From a virus (taxonomy: Duplodnaviria; Caudoviricetes): DNA of 63,168 bases. The position numbers were made by a program, and so were the translations under genes. The stretch spans positions 1-63,168 of IMG/VR virus record IMGVR_UViG_3300042878_000174; one strand, written 5' to 3'. Below are positions 32,804 to 43,513 of the stretch, one piece after another; position 1 is the stretch's first letter; every line of letters starts with the position of its first letter. Under the pieces are notes generated by a model. It saw only the letters and a list, made by a program, of their open reading frames with translations, did no database searches and had not been told where the DNA came from.

Positions 32804-35800
32804 TCATGTTGATGTTGGCGGTTAAGGCGTTCTGAGCTTGGTTGATTCTCAGAAGAGCCTCTCGCTTGGCATCGGCATCCATCCTAGAGCTACGGATCAG
32901 GACTTGCATCTGACGGAACTCTTTCATGGTCTTCTCTAGGTCAAGGATGTAATCCTTGTTTGCAAGCATCCTGATGTTGTCTTGCATGTACTTGTTACGT
33001 TCCTCAAAGTCCATCGTGCGCTCAAGTAAGCTGGATGTTCGTACAGCTTCATCCGTGGCGTTTTTGAGGTTGTAGTAGCTGGTGACCGTACCTCTGGCCT
33101 CTGGATCCAACGCAAAGCGTTTGATGAGTGGCAACTGCTCAAAGCGTTTAGACGCAACAGGCGTGTCGGTGTTCATGTTTATAACACCATCCAAGGCGCT
33201 GACCATGTACATACCCATCGTACCCGTGTAGCCACCGATCAAGTGGTCGATCTTCATAGGCGACATGCCCAAGGTAGAACCTAAGGTAGCGGCAAGCGAT
33301 GAGGTTCCGGGGCCAACTTGGAACTCCGGGGCAACACCCTCAAGACCTTGGCCAACAATAGGTCTGCGTGTAAACAGGGAGAAGTTAGTCTCTGTCTCCA
33401 CGAACGGCTTGATGGCCTGCGGCAAGTAGTCAATGGCCAGTGTCGAACGCAGATTCCGAATCATGGATTCCATGAAGTCTTTGTTCGTATCCTCACCCAA
33501 GGTCAAAGCCATGAGCCTCTCAGGTATGACTTTGAAGATCACACCGATCTCAAACGGGATAGGGATCTTAATACCCAAGGATGGGATCAGCCAGTTGTTA
33601 TCTTTGGTTTCCTGTTCCTGACGCTTGTATTCTTCATCGTCATGGGTGAGAGTCCAGTACATGGCTGACAGGGCGGCCATGGTCAAGCCACGGACAATGA
33701 AAGCCTTCTGCACTGACTTTTCTCTATCCGTAGGCTTTTCCCCATACATAAGCTGACGGAAGGTCGGGCTGATACCAGCGCGGTACAGAACGTCCAGACC
33801 TTGCATACGGGCGTTTAAGAAAGGGATGGCCGCTGTCATGATACGCACCACAGCAGAACTTCCCTTGCGGTTAAAGTTCATTACCTCAAGCGCACGGTGC
33901 AAAGCCTCTGCCTCGTTCTTGGTTTCTGCGAGGGTGCGTTTATACACCTCAATCCTCGTGGCAGCGTCAGATGCGGTTGTGCCTTTCTCTAAGGCATCCC
34001 ACAAAGCCCTAGGCGCAGACATGGGGTTGAGCATACGTTGGAACGTAGACTTACCCTCGTACTTCTTCTTAAGCTCACGTTCAAACGCCTCAGCGCTTGT
34101 CTCGATGTTCTGTGAAAACTCGTAGCCGCCCAAGATACCAGCGTTTAAAAGCGCCTCGTACTCTGGCGATGTGTTAGCCATGGCCTTGCCAAAGTTCCTA
34201 ACAGTATCTGCGATTGGAGTCATCTTGACTCCGCTCGTTACGTATGCCGCCATGGAGTCTCGAACCATGTTAGCCAACATAAATCCGGGATCCTTAGTAA
34301 CCATGTTCCTTAGGAAGTTGGCCGGGCCAGACAACAGACCGATGAACGGCAAGTCAGGCATGTTTAAACTCTTAACAGCCTCGATAAACATGTGGTCTGC
34401 TACCTGATAGGTAACGACTTGGCCTTTTTCCAACACCTGAACTGTGTCGAGTCCCGCCTTAGATTTGGGTGGCAACTTCTCAGCCATATCGATCTGCATG
34501 GCTACGTTAATTGCACGTTGCGCCGCCACGTTCTTCATGCCCATCTGGATGGAAGACTGCGTGTTACGTACAACAGTTTCTAAGAAATCGGCTAGAGGTG
34601 CTTTGTCTGTGCCTTCGCCAAGCTTTTTAGGTTTCTTAACACCAGAGATAGACTGGAACAAGTTTGGCCCGATGGTCTTCTCGCCTTCCATCTGACGATA
34701 GAAAGGAATGTAGTCGGAGTATTCAGTGAACCTTGCCTTGTCGCCCTCGGACAGAACTCCTGTGTCTACCAAGAACTGAACCAGTCCATTGTTAAACGTT
34801 GTCCATTCTTCTTGGATCTGACGGAACTCAGGATGGTCTTTCTCCAACTGCTGGGCTTTCCTCAAATCCTCATCCGTAAAGATGTCTGGCCTGCCCTGTT
34901 CGTTTAAACGAGAACCACGCTGTGCAGCAGCCCAGAACTGGTAAAGCTGGTAGATGTATGGATCGTTGTATTTTGACAACGGAGCAAAGATAGCCACTGG
35001 GCCTTTAATCTTGCCATTGTCGTTGAAAGCTTTAGTCACGCCATTGGCATACACAGGAATACCACCGTTGCGGTCGTGTACACCCAAGACAGATGCGGTA
35101 ACCCCTGCGGCCAAGTCAGACTGCAAGGCTCCCGCTTCAGCACTAACATCAGCCATCAAAGCCACGCCACCCATCCGCTTGGCTAACTCTTTATCGTACT
35201 CAGCAAGGCGCTGGTATCTGTTTAAAGCTTGCTGACGCAGTACAGAGAAGGAGTCTCCGCTGAACGCTTTAGTGATGCGATCGGCAAAACCCTTCTCTTC
35301 GCGGGTGGTGGTTGTTGCGTTTACACGATTAACAGTTGCCGGGTCAGTGGACTCACGCAGGCTGTAGCGCACATCAGGGTTGTACTTGCTGTATGCGCCC
35401 GTATTGTCTGTGGCAGACTTAATTTGCGTTGACTCAAATGGCACATACGAGTTGCCTGCGCCTTCCATTTCGTTGCTGTAAACAAGCCCGTCATAACCAG
35501 CTTTTTGGAGAATCTTGACAAGGGCTGCACCAATTTCTGGTTCGCTGCTGTACTTGTCCCTAAATGAGTCGTACTTCTCCACGCTGATCAAGTCCATATC
35601 CATCATCTGATCTGCTAGATGATCAGGCGCATACGATGCCATGTGGCTTACTTCTAACGGGTTTTGGATTGACAGGTAGTAGTCACCCATCGTTGGTGAG
35701 CGCGAGTCAAAGTCGTACTGAGTACCCCTGAATTCAGCTTGCTCTTTAGTTCCAAAATGAAAGCCCATGCTAGATAAGTCTGTCTTGTACTTCTTGTCAA

Positions 35801-38800
35801 AGACAGTGGGTTTGGCTTTGGAAATGTGGCTAACAACTAAAGGCTTGCCATCTGCATCCACAATCTTGCTGTCACCAAACCATTCTTTAAACTCAGCCGT
35901 ATCGGGTGCTTCACGTAAGCTATAACGAATGTCGGGATTGCCGCTTCCATATGTACCTACGTTGCCTATAGAAGATTTAACTTGTGAGGATTCAAAAGCA
36001 ACCCAATGCCTGCCATCTTTAAAGCCATCGTAGTTTCCAGCTTTCAGGATGCGCTGCATGGCATCGCCATCACCGTTTAAAGCATCAGCACTAGGCAATC
36101 TACCATCCGTAAAGAATGGAACTTTAGTTTTAGCCCATTCTGCCGCACGCTCATTACTCATGTGCTGATTAGATGCAATCATCTCTTGGAGGTACGCATC
36201 CTTCATGGCGGGGGTGACACGGCTTTCACCAGCAATGTAAGGCCGCTTGATGTTTAAATACACAGGAAGAACTTGTGAACCTTCTTGGTATTGTCTGGTC
36301 TTTCTGTCTGCGGCATAGTCAGATGCTTCATCTGCGTATGGAGTAAAGTAATAACCAGCTACATTACCCGCCCTGTTCTTACGCTCAACTTTGCCGGTAA
36401 ATGCATTACCTTTGAAATCTGGTGAGCCATGATAAACAACAAGCGGTTTACCATCTTCATCTACCACCTTGCTGCCGCTGAACCACTGTTTAAACTCAGG
36501 GGTATTAGGAGCTTCACGCAGGCTTAGTCTTTCGTTTGATTTAACTGACGGCTTTTTAGGTTCGGCAGTTTTGCGGGCTTTGTTGAGGAATGCATTGCCT
36601 GCACTGGCAAAAGATCTAGGCAAACTAGATGCGCCTTCGCCACCATATTGTTTCTTACCTGAGGCAGAGACTTCGCTTAAGTAGTCACTCAAGCCGTCCA
36701 TGTCTCTGGTGTCCAGCACAAACTTAGATGTCATGTAGTCATCAGAGATGGCGTACTGAGCGGATGGAACAAAATCACGCAGTTCTGCAAGGTCAGATCT
36801 GTTGTCAAACACAGCATCAAAGTAGCGTTGTTCATCCTCTGTCAAAGAAACTTGACGTAAGCTGAACCGTGGTTTCTTAGAGAATGTGACTGGCTGACCT
36901 TGGTTGCCTTTTAGCTTCTCTTGGTTGGGGATAACCAATGTATCGCCATCACGCTCAGGATCGTAATCAAGGAAGAAACCATTGTGCTTCTCTGCCGCAT
37001 CCTCAGGCTTGGTGGTGTTGTCTTTGTTAGTCAGGCCAATGATCAAGCCGTCACCGCCCTCTTTGACTGGGTCAAGGAAGCGGGCATCGTACTCATCACC
37101 ATTCCACACCTCAAACGTTTTGCCAGTTCTTTCGTCCTTAACAAACTTAGGCATGGATGAGCGGCTTGTAAACGCCATAGCCACATTGCGACCGCTAGGC
37201 AGAATCTTGTCTACCATGCGATCCCAGTTAGAGAACTTGTTAAAGATCGTCTTGTTACCAACAACCTGAGATGCACCAGTTGAGCTATAGGTCAAATGAT
37301 GGTTAGGTGCAATTGGCTTGGTATCTAGCTTTGTGTAGTCGTAGAAGGTCACATCAGGGAACATGTTGATGATGTTCTCAAACGTGCTGGGGTTGAAGTC
37401 AGAGGTAACGTTTAAACGAATAGCCGGGTGGTAATCCAAATCTCGTGCTGCTTTGCGGAATGATTCAATCTGCTTGATCATGGCAATAGCAAATGCCTCA
37501 GGGTTTACCACTAGAGCTTCAGTCTTTAAGTACTGAGACAGGCGTGGGCCTGAGCGCCACTGGCCTTCGCCACCGTACAGTAAGTTCTGCCCAGAGGTTT
37601 CTCCAAGGCACAAGTCCTCGCAGATGCCTGACTGAGGGCACGTGGTAGCACGTTGCTCATCGTTAATCTTCTGAGCAGACGCAAAGCCAAGTCCTGTAGA
37701 CATGACCTTCTTGCCGTTGTAAGTAAGGCCGTATTCACCGATGTTGGTTTTCTCCAACTTGGAGTTAGCACCAAACAAGCGGCTGATGTTGTGCTCTGCA
37801 CGGAGCACATCCTTAGCGTTGCGTGCCATGATGCGACGATCTGCCGCAGAAGAGTTAGCCCACTTAGTGGCCGCATCATTCACTGCGGTCGTGACTTGCT
37901 TCAGAGTGCGGTCAGGATGCAGGCCTTTGGTACGCGGCGCATTGAGTGTAAACAGCTTGGTCTGAGCCATCTTCTTCTCAAACGCTTTGCCTTCTGCGAT
38001 TGGGATAAAGAAGTCTTTCCGGCCATCTGGGTACTCTTCCAGTATATGGATCACAGATGGATCCACTTGAAGCAATACGTTTGCACCACCCACAGGCTGA
38101 TCAATCATACCGGGCTTGTTTTCAATAGCCGCTGAACTAGATTCGTTGGTCAAGTAGATGCGGTTGGCTGTAGGCGAGTGACCCTTGAGCTTACGGGTTG
38201 CCGCAAGATCTCTGGCAGACTCGTTGGTCGTTGGGTAGTACAACGTCACTGTGCCGTTAGCGTTTAAAGGCAGACCTGTAATTGGGTCGTTCTTTAATGT
38301 CTCGTCTTTGCTCAGTTTCTTCTGATCATAGGGTTGCTTTATGGAGAAGCGTGTGTTGTCGCCATCCAGCGGAACGTTGATCTGACCCTCAGAGGTATAC
38401 GGATCAATTCCAAACTTCATGGAGTACTTGACCGCATCCTCTTTAACTTTGTCGTTAGCCTTCCATGCGCTTGGCTTTTGGGACAGTTCGCCACGTTCAA
38501 TCTTGCCAAATACATCTTCGTAAGTCTGGAAGCCAGCACCGCTCAGTGCATTACGCAGCGCAGTGAAGAAGTCGTTTAAACGTTTAAGCAGCGCAGCCAG
38601 CATTCCTGCTGGTGGCTTGTTGTTGGCAAAGTCGGCAAATGCTTCAGCAATGGCTTCTTCTGTAACCTTGGCCATGTCATTGTTGTAGATGTCAACATAA
38701 GCGTCATAGGCAGACATGCGCTCACCCTTGTGCTCGACAATCTTTTTCTTCAGATACTTGTCAGTCCACTCGCTCTTCGCCATGCGCTCAAGCGCATTCC

Positions 38801-41711
38801 ACTGCTGAGGCGTAAAGAAATTCAAATCCTTCAGGGCGTGCAAAGCCTCATGGCGCAAGATACGCACTGGTTCTTTTTCTTCCAAGGCAATCTTAATCAG
38901 GCTCTCGTTGTAGGAGCCTTCTGAGTCCAGCTTCTCAACAAGGTTTAGCTTGACATTACCAAGGCCAAACTTTTCGAGGATGGGTTTGAGTTGGGCTTCG
39001 ACAGCCGCCATCTTCTCTTTGAGGCCGGGTGTCTCTTTGGCCGCTTCAGCCTTTGCCTTGGCGGCTTTGGCTTCAGTTTCAATGCCTTCCAGAACCTCAG
39101 ACACAGGCTTGCCTTCTGTAGGTTTGGGTGCAGTTCTGCGTTCCAGTTCAGCCTGAGCCTTCTTACCTACTGCCCGACGGCCTTGTTGCTGAGTCAACTC
39201 TTGCAGTTGCTTCTCATCCATGTCGGCCAAGATGCCTTCTTCAGCCGCCTGACGGGATGGATATGTAGCACGTGCCTGACCCTGTTCAAACACGGTATAG
39301 CCTTTACGGCCAATAGCTTTAGTGCCTGTTGGCTTGACTGCAAGCGCAGTAACCTTAGGATCAAACTTCTTGATCTCTTCTGTCAGGGCGGCAATCTTTG
39401 CCTGTGTGTCTTCAACCAACTTGGCGTGCTTACCGGCGGCCTTTTGGTAACCAGTCGTCTGACCTTTGCCTTGAGCCTCCATGGTGGTTAAACGCTTCTG
39501 GCTGGCTTCGATGGCGTTGTTCAACTGCGTGATTTGATTCTCACGAGCGTTAGCCATACCAGCGCGGGTACGCTCAAAGCTGTCCTTCTTGGCGTTGGCT
39601 TCTTCGATGGTGTTAGCTTTAAACAGTACTTCGTCACCGGCCAGCACGTCGTATCCTGCTGGGGCTTCACCCTCTTTAAACGCACCTTCACGGATGTCAA
39701 ATCCTTCGGGCAGCGTGGCGGAGGTGGCGGGGGCAGCGATGGCATCTGTTGTAATCTGCCTAACGTTTAAACCACGCTTGGCCGCAGCAGCGCGTGCAGC
39801 AGTTCTAGATGTGTAGGTAGACGGAAGGGCAGTTCCCGTCTTGGGATCATAGATCTCATAGCGAGGAGTCTTGATCAAGTCAACGTCACCATTCTTAATG
39901 GCCGTATCAAGGATAGCTCCCGCATGGGAATCTTCTGTAAGGTTCGTGTATTCCTTGATAGTCTTGATGACCTCTTTAGGATCTACAGGAACGCCTAGTT
40001 CTGCCAGTAGAACATCCACACCCTTGATGGCTTTGTCGTATTGCTTCTCATCAAACCGGCGTGCGTTTGTGCCTTCGGGCAGGATGTTTAAACCTTCCGA
40101 CGCGGGCAGGCTGTTTAATGATTTAAACGCAGCATGTAGCTGCGGCTGTGACATCTGCTCCAGTGCGCTTGCACCAGTCGTTCTGGCTAAGAAGTCTTTG
40201 AAGCCTTTAGTACTAGTATCTACGTTCTTCAGCTTGGCTTGATTCAGGATGTCTTGTGCGGTGTACTTTTCACCGGCATAACCAGACTTGGCGGTGATAA
40301 GTTCATCCAACAAGCCTTGCTCGGCCTTAGGGTTAACCCCCGGCATAGCATCCACAAAGTCCTCAATCGAGTACTCCTTGAGCTTGGGAAGTCCAGCTTG
40401 CTTGCGGTAGTCATCAATCTGTTTGTAGATGTCAAAGGGGACTTCGCTCTTGCGGATGTTGCCTAAAGGATTCTTAAGCGGGTCTGTCTGTACTTCTTCA
40501 ACGGGGATTTCCTCAGACGGCGCAGGCAAAGCAATAGCCTGCTGTTGCTCCATTTGCTGACGGATTTGATCGGTCTGTTTCTGAAGAACAGCACGCTCGG
40601 CTTCTGCCTTTTGTGTCGCAGCTTGTATTTGTGCGTCAGCTTCGGCTTGTTTTCTAGCTTGTTCATCGGCTAATGTCTGTTTGTATTGACGTTGCAGATT
40701 AGACATCTGCGCGGGGGAGACAGCAAGACCTAAGACTGATCCAACCAAAGCGTCGTGTGCAACTGTACCGGCCAGACCTTCGGTTAAATCTTTCTCTACA
40801 CCAGATTGGTTCAAAGCGATGTTAGTGCCAACTTGTCCTACCGCAGCTTGTACAGCTTCAGGTGCGGCTTCACCCAACATAGTCAAGCCAATTGCTTGCT
40901 TGTAGCTTGGCGCATCCAGAGAAGGCGCTCCCACGCCCTTGCTAACCTTCTTAGCCGCATTAGCGATTACTTGCTCGACACCGAACATACCCTCTAATGC
41001 GCCTGCACCGCCAGCCAATAATTGGCGGGGTAAGTTTTCTCCTGAATATGCAGATGCCTCAAGCGCTCTCTGTTCTGCAATAGCAGGGTCTAAACCTTTG
41101 GCAAGCAAAGCTTCTTTCACTGCCTCGTAGTCTTGGCCCTTCTGACCACCAACGCCCATCAATCCACCGATACCAGTTGCACCACGTGCACCGGCCAATG
41201 CTCTAGCACCAAAGCCTGCGCCTGCGGCTACTTGACCACCGGGCAACAGACCCGCAGCAATGATTGGTGCGCTGCCAAGCAATGCGTTTACAGTGCCCTG
41301 TACGGGAGCCTGTGTAAACCTACGTATGCCAGTGCCAACCTCGTTAGCCAAACCAGTACCTTGAGCGCGGTTCTCAAGTTCGGCTTGAATAGCTAATTCT
41401 TCCTGACGGGCAGGAGTCAGGTTTTCTTGTGCATATTGTTGGATAGATCCCAAGCCTTTGGAGACTGGGTTATCTACACCTGCAATGTTTGTAAGTGCCT
41501 GTACGCCACCGGCCAGTGCACCTAGGCCGCCTAGACCAATGTCTTTGATGGTACTGGGAGCACGTGGGGTTTCTTCCAGTTCCTTGGAAGTCAAACCCGC
41601 CATAGGGTTCTGGCGCAGTAACTCTGCTTCTACTTGGCGCTGAGTTGCCCCGTCTGGGCCTTGAACTTCGTATGTGCGGCCATCAGGGGCAGTAATTCTA
41701 TACAGTGCCAT
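32784..41711 (-). CDS. Large polyvalent (ejected virion) protein: HExxH peptidase, gp88-like domain, two ART-like domains, LPD38-like C-terminus
   Basis: HEALH; CPQSGICEDLC/RLNVTSD/FYDYTK; two FK.WF..SK.VD.DGKPLVV(Y/S)H...YL.I..P...YDG...Q(V/I)KS units; PFLNARMQG and IPIPFEIG C-terminal motifs. Confidence 0.85.
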   Translation of the reverse strand: MALYRITAPDGRTYEVQGPDGATQRQVEAELLRQNPMAGLTSKELEETPRAPSTIKDIGLGGLGALAGGVQALTNIAGVDNPVSKGLGSIQQYAQENLTPARQEELAIQAELENRAQGTGLANEVGTGIRRFTQAPVQGTVNALLGSAPIIAAGLLPGGQVAAGAGFGARALAGARGATGIGGLMGVGGQKGQDYEAVKEALLAKGLDPAIAEQRALEASAYSGENLPRQLLAGGAGALEGMFGVEQVIANAAKKVSKGVGAPSLDAPSYKQAIGLTMLGEAAPEAVQAAVGQVGTNIALNQSGVEKDLTEGLAGTVAHDALVGSVLGLAVSPAQMSNLQRQYKQTLADEQARKQAEADAQIQAATQKAEAERAVLQKQTDQIRQQMEQQQAIALPAPSEEIPVEEVQTDPLKNPLGNIRKSEVPFDIYKQIDDYRKQAGLPKLKEYSIEDFVDAMPGVNPKAEQGLLDELITAKSGYAGEKYTAQDILNQAKLKNVDTSTKGFKDFLARTTGASALEQMSQPQLHAAFKSLNSLPASEGLNILPEGTNARRFDEKQYDKAIKGVDVLLAELGVPVDPKEVIKTIKEYTNLTEDSHAGAILDTAIKNGDVDLIKTPRYEIYDPKTGTALPSTYTSRTAARAAAAKRGLNVRQITTDAIAAPATSATLPEGFDIREGAFKEGEAPAGYDVLAGDEVLFKANTIEEANAKKDSFERTRAGMANARENQITQLNNAIEASQKRLTTMEAQGKGQTTGYQKAAGKHAKLVEDTQAKIAALTEEIKKFDPKVTALAVKPTGTKAIGRKGYTVFEQGQARATYPSRQAAEEGILADMDEKQLQELTQQQGRRAVGKKAQAELERRTAPKPTEGKPVSEVLEGIETEAKAAKAKAEAAKETPGLKEKMAAVEAQLKPILEKFGLGNVKLNLVEKLDSEGSYNESLIKIALEEKEPVRILRHEALHALKDLNFFTPQQWNALERMAKSEWTDKYLKKKIVEHKGERMSAYDAYVDIYNNDMAKVTEEAIAEAFADFANNKPPAGMLAALLKRLNDFFTALRNALSGAGFQTYEDVFGKIERGELSQKPSAWKANDKVKEDAVKYSMKFGIDPYTSEGQINVPLDGDNTRFSIKQPYDQKKLSKDETLKNDPITGLPLNANGTVTLYYPTTNESARDLAATRKLKGHSPTANRIYLTNESSSAAIENKPGMIDQPVGGANVLLQVDPSVIHILEEYPDGRKDFFIPIAEGKAFEKKMAQTKLFTLNAPRTKGLHPDRTLKQVTTAVNDAATKWANSSAADRRIMARNAKDVLRAEHNISRLFGANSKLEKTNIGEYGLTYNGKKVMSTGLGFASAQKINDEQRATTCPQSGICEDLCLGETSGQNLLYGGEGQWRSGPRLSQYLKTEALVVNPEAFAIAMIKQIESFRKAARDLDYHPAIRLNVTSDFNPSTFENIINMFPDVTFYDYTKLDTKPIAPNHHLTYSSTGASQVVGNKTIFNKFSNWDRMVDKILPSGRNVAMAFTSRSSMPKFVKDERTGKTFEVWNGDEYDARFLDPVKEGGDGLIIGLTNKDNTTKPEDAAEKHNGFFLDYDPERDGDTLVIPNQEKLKGNQGQPVTFSKKPRFSLRQVSLTEDEQRYFDAVFDNRSDLAELRDFVPSAQYAISDDYMTSKFVLDTRDMDGLSDYLSEVSASGKKQYGGEGASSLPRSFASAGNAFLNKARKTAEPKKPSVKSNERLSLREAPNTPEFKQWFSGSKVVDEDGKPLVVYHGSPDFKGNAFTGKVERKNRAGNVAGYYFTPYADEASDYAADRKTRQYQEGSQVLPVYLNIKRPYIAGESRVTPAMKDAYLQEMIASNQHMSNERAAEWAKTKVPFFTDGRLPSADALNGDGDAMQRILKAGNYDGFKDGRHWVAFESSQVKSSIGNVGTYGSGNPDIRYSLREAPDTAEFKEWFGDSKIVDADGKPLVVSHISKAKPTVFDKKYKTDLSSMGFHFGTKEQAEFRGTQYDFDSRSPTMGDYYLSIQNPLEVSHMASYAPDHLADQMMDMDLISVEKYDSFRDKYSSEPEIGAALVKILQKAGYDGLVYSNEMEGAGNSYVPFESTQIKSATDNTGAYSKYNPDVRYSLRESTDPATVNRVNATTTTREEKGFADRITKAFSGDSFSVLRQQALNRYQRLAEYDKELAKRMGGVALMADVSAEAGALQSDLAAGVTASVLGVHDRNGGIPVYANGVTKAFNDNGKIKGPVAIFAPLSKYNDPYIYQLYQFWAAAQRGSRLNEQGRPDIFTDEDLRKAQQLEKDHPEFRQIQEEWTTFNNGLVQFLVDTGVLSEGDKARFTEYSDYIPFYRQMEGEKTIGPNLFQSISGVKKPKKLGEGTDKAPLADFLETVVRNTQSSIQMGMKNVAAQRAINVAMQIDMAEKLPPKSKAGLDTVQVLEKGQVVTYQVADHMFIEAVKSLNMPDLPFIGLLSGPANFLRNMVTKDPGFMLANMVRDSMAAYVTSGVKMTPIADTVRNFGKAMANTSPEYEALLNAGILGGYEFSQNIETSAEAFERELKKKYEGKSTFQRMLNPMSAPRALWDALEKGTTASDAATRIEVYKRTLAETKNEAEALHRALEVMNFNRKGSSAVVRIMTAAIPFLNARMQGLDVLYRAGISPTFRQLMYGEKPTDREKSVQKAFIVRGLTMAALSAMYWTLTHDDEEYKRQEQETKDNNWLIPSLGIKIPIPFEIGVIFKVIPERLMALTLGEDTNKDFMESMIRNLRSTLAIDYLPQAIKPFVETETNFSLFTRRPIVGQGLEGVAPEFQVGPGTSSLAATLGSTLGMSPMKIDHLIGGYTGTMGMYMVSALDGVINMNTDTPVASKRFEQLPLIKRFALDPEARGTVTSYYNLKNATDEAVRTSSLLERTMDFEERNKYMQDNIRMLANKDYILDLEKTMKEFRQMQVLIRSSRMDADAKREALLRINQAQNALTANINMIRANVM

Positions 41712-41719
41712 GTTTAAAC

Positions 41720-43504
41720 TTATGTAGGATTAACAGGTTTAAATGTACCAAATCCGGGGCTAGGTGTGTTGACATCTTGCGTACCAGATTTACCAGTAAG
41801 CAATCTTTGATCAGCCATAAAGCGCTCAATAACCTTATTGCGCTGTGTAACCAAAGCTTTTTCTTCAGCAGATCCGGGCTTGAGCACGCTCAATTGTTGG
41901 TCAATCATCTTAGTCTTCTCAGCCAAAGCGTCAGCAACCGCTTTAGCTTGACGCTGTGCGGCACTTTGATACTGACCACCAGCAATCAAAGCTGCGGCAC
42001 GATCAGATGCTTCGTTGAAAGTCATGCCCTGATTCTGGCGCATGATCTCTTGAGCAACTTGAATAATCTGCGGTGAACGAGCGGCAGTGGCAGCTTGGAT
42101 ACTGTTGCCACGGGCTTGTTCTTTAAGCTTGGCAATGTCCATCTCGTTGGAAAACTTCTTCTGCTCCAATTCCAAACCAATCTTTTCTGCATCTTGCTTA
42201 TGTTTAAACGCAGCTTCAAAGTCACCACGCGCTTCAGCACGACGGGCAGCTTCAAGTTCAGCACGCATCTTAGCCATGCCCATCTCTTGCTCACGACGCA
42301 TCTTGGCTTGTGCATCGGCACGCTCAAATGCAGCCGCTTCAGAAGCGCCAGCAGATTTACCAAAGCCACCTAACAAAGCACCCAGACCTTTTTGACCACG
42401 GGTAGATTCGCCTGCGGCAATTAAAGCTTGGAAAAAGTCAGAACGTGTACGAGCTTTTTCTTGCTCTGATACACGGCCACGGTCGGCTTCATCTTGTTGA
42501 GCCATCTTATTAAGCAACGCCTCAAACCCAGCCCCAGCCATGCCGGGGTTAGCTTGTTTAAACTCAGCCAATTTTTTGCTGTAAGCCTCTGGGTCAGGTG
42601 CTGTAAACGATGGAGCACCGGGCATCTTGATACCGGCAGGGATACCACCACCGGTTCCGGGCATAGGTGGCATAGGAGGTGCGGGAGGAGCGGCTACAGA
42701 TGCAATGCCAGAAGCGCCTGCGTTTTGACGCAACAAGCGGGCAGTCTCTGCGGCACTTTGATCATTAGGGCTTGTAGGAACATTAGGCGCACGGCTTTGT
42801 TGGCCGCGCCTTAATTCATCCATGGCAGGCGTAGCCGTGCTTGTGTCAATCATGGAGCCAAGATAAGGGATCTCTTTACCAGATAAAGCACGGGCTGGGC
42901 GGATTAACGCAGTGTCAACTGCACCAGCTAAACCACGAGGAATTAGGGTGGCAACGTCATATCCTGCCGCACTCATTTTGTCAATAATTTCTGAAACGGC
43001 TGCACGATCGCCTTTGAGTTGAGCACGTGCCAGTTCTTCTTTGGCTTTGTCTTCAACCACATCGCCGTTGGCAAAAGCAACAACACCGCCACCGCCTGCG
43101 AATTTAAACATGTCATTGGTTGGCAGGGAAGTCAATCCACCCGCAGCCATCTGGGGCATCTCTGGCATCTCTTCCTCTTGCTGAGGAGGCTGAGGTGTAC
43201 CTTCTGGTACTGGTTGAGGCTGACCCATCAGGCTTTGCTGAAGTTGCTCATTAGACTGCGCTTGACGGGCAGCACCGGCCTGCATGAGGTCGGTAGCCTG
43301 TCCTGTAATCTCTTTCTCAAGCTTGTCTTTGACTGTGCCTTCAGGAGGTGTTCCTGTCCTTGCAGACTGCTCCATCTGCTTGCGGCGGTTTAGTTCACCC
43401 AAAGCCAAATAGGGAGGAACTTGTGGGTTCTTCCCGTTAGCGTATTCCATGATTGCCCTCATGGGCATATCCTTGAGGTGCTCTTGTACTTGGATCAGAT
43501 TCAT
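41720..43504 (-). CDS. Putative internal virion / DNA ejection protein
   Basis: Ala/Gln-rich helical protein with MAAGGL and FAGGGGVVAF; sits between other ejection genes. Confidence 0.65.
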   Translation of the reverse strand: MNLIQVQEHLKDMPMRAIMEYANGKNPQVPPYLALGELNRRKQMEQSARTGTPPEGTVKDKLEKEITGQATDLMQAGAARQAQSNEQLQQSLMGQPQPVPEGTPQPPQQEEEMPEMPQMAAGGLTSLPTNDMFKFAGGGGVVAFANGDVVEDKAKEELARAQLKGDRAAVSEIIDKMSAAGYDVATLIPRGLAGAVDTALIRPARALSGKEIPYLGSMIDTSTATPAMDELRRGQQSRAPNVPTSPNDQSAAETARLLRQNAGASGIASVAAPPAPPMPPMPGTGGGIPAGIKMPGAPSFTAPDPEAYSKKLAEFKQANPGMAGAGFEALLNKMAQQDEADRGRVSEQEKARTRSDFFQALIAAGESTRGQKGLGALLGGFGKSAGASEAAAFERADAQAKMRREQEMGMAKMRAELEAARRAEARGDFEAAFKHKQDAEKIGLELEQKKFSNEMDIAKLKEQARGNSIQAATAARSPQIIQVAQEIMRQNQGMTFNEASDRAAALIAGGQYQSAAQRQAKAVADALAEKTKMIDQQLSVLKPGSAEEKALVTQRNKVIERFMADQRLLTGKSGTQDVNTPSPGFGTFKPVNPT

Positions 43505-43513
43505 AGTGAACCC

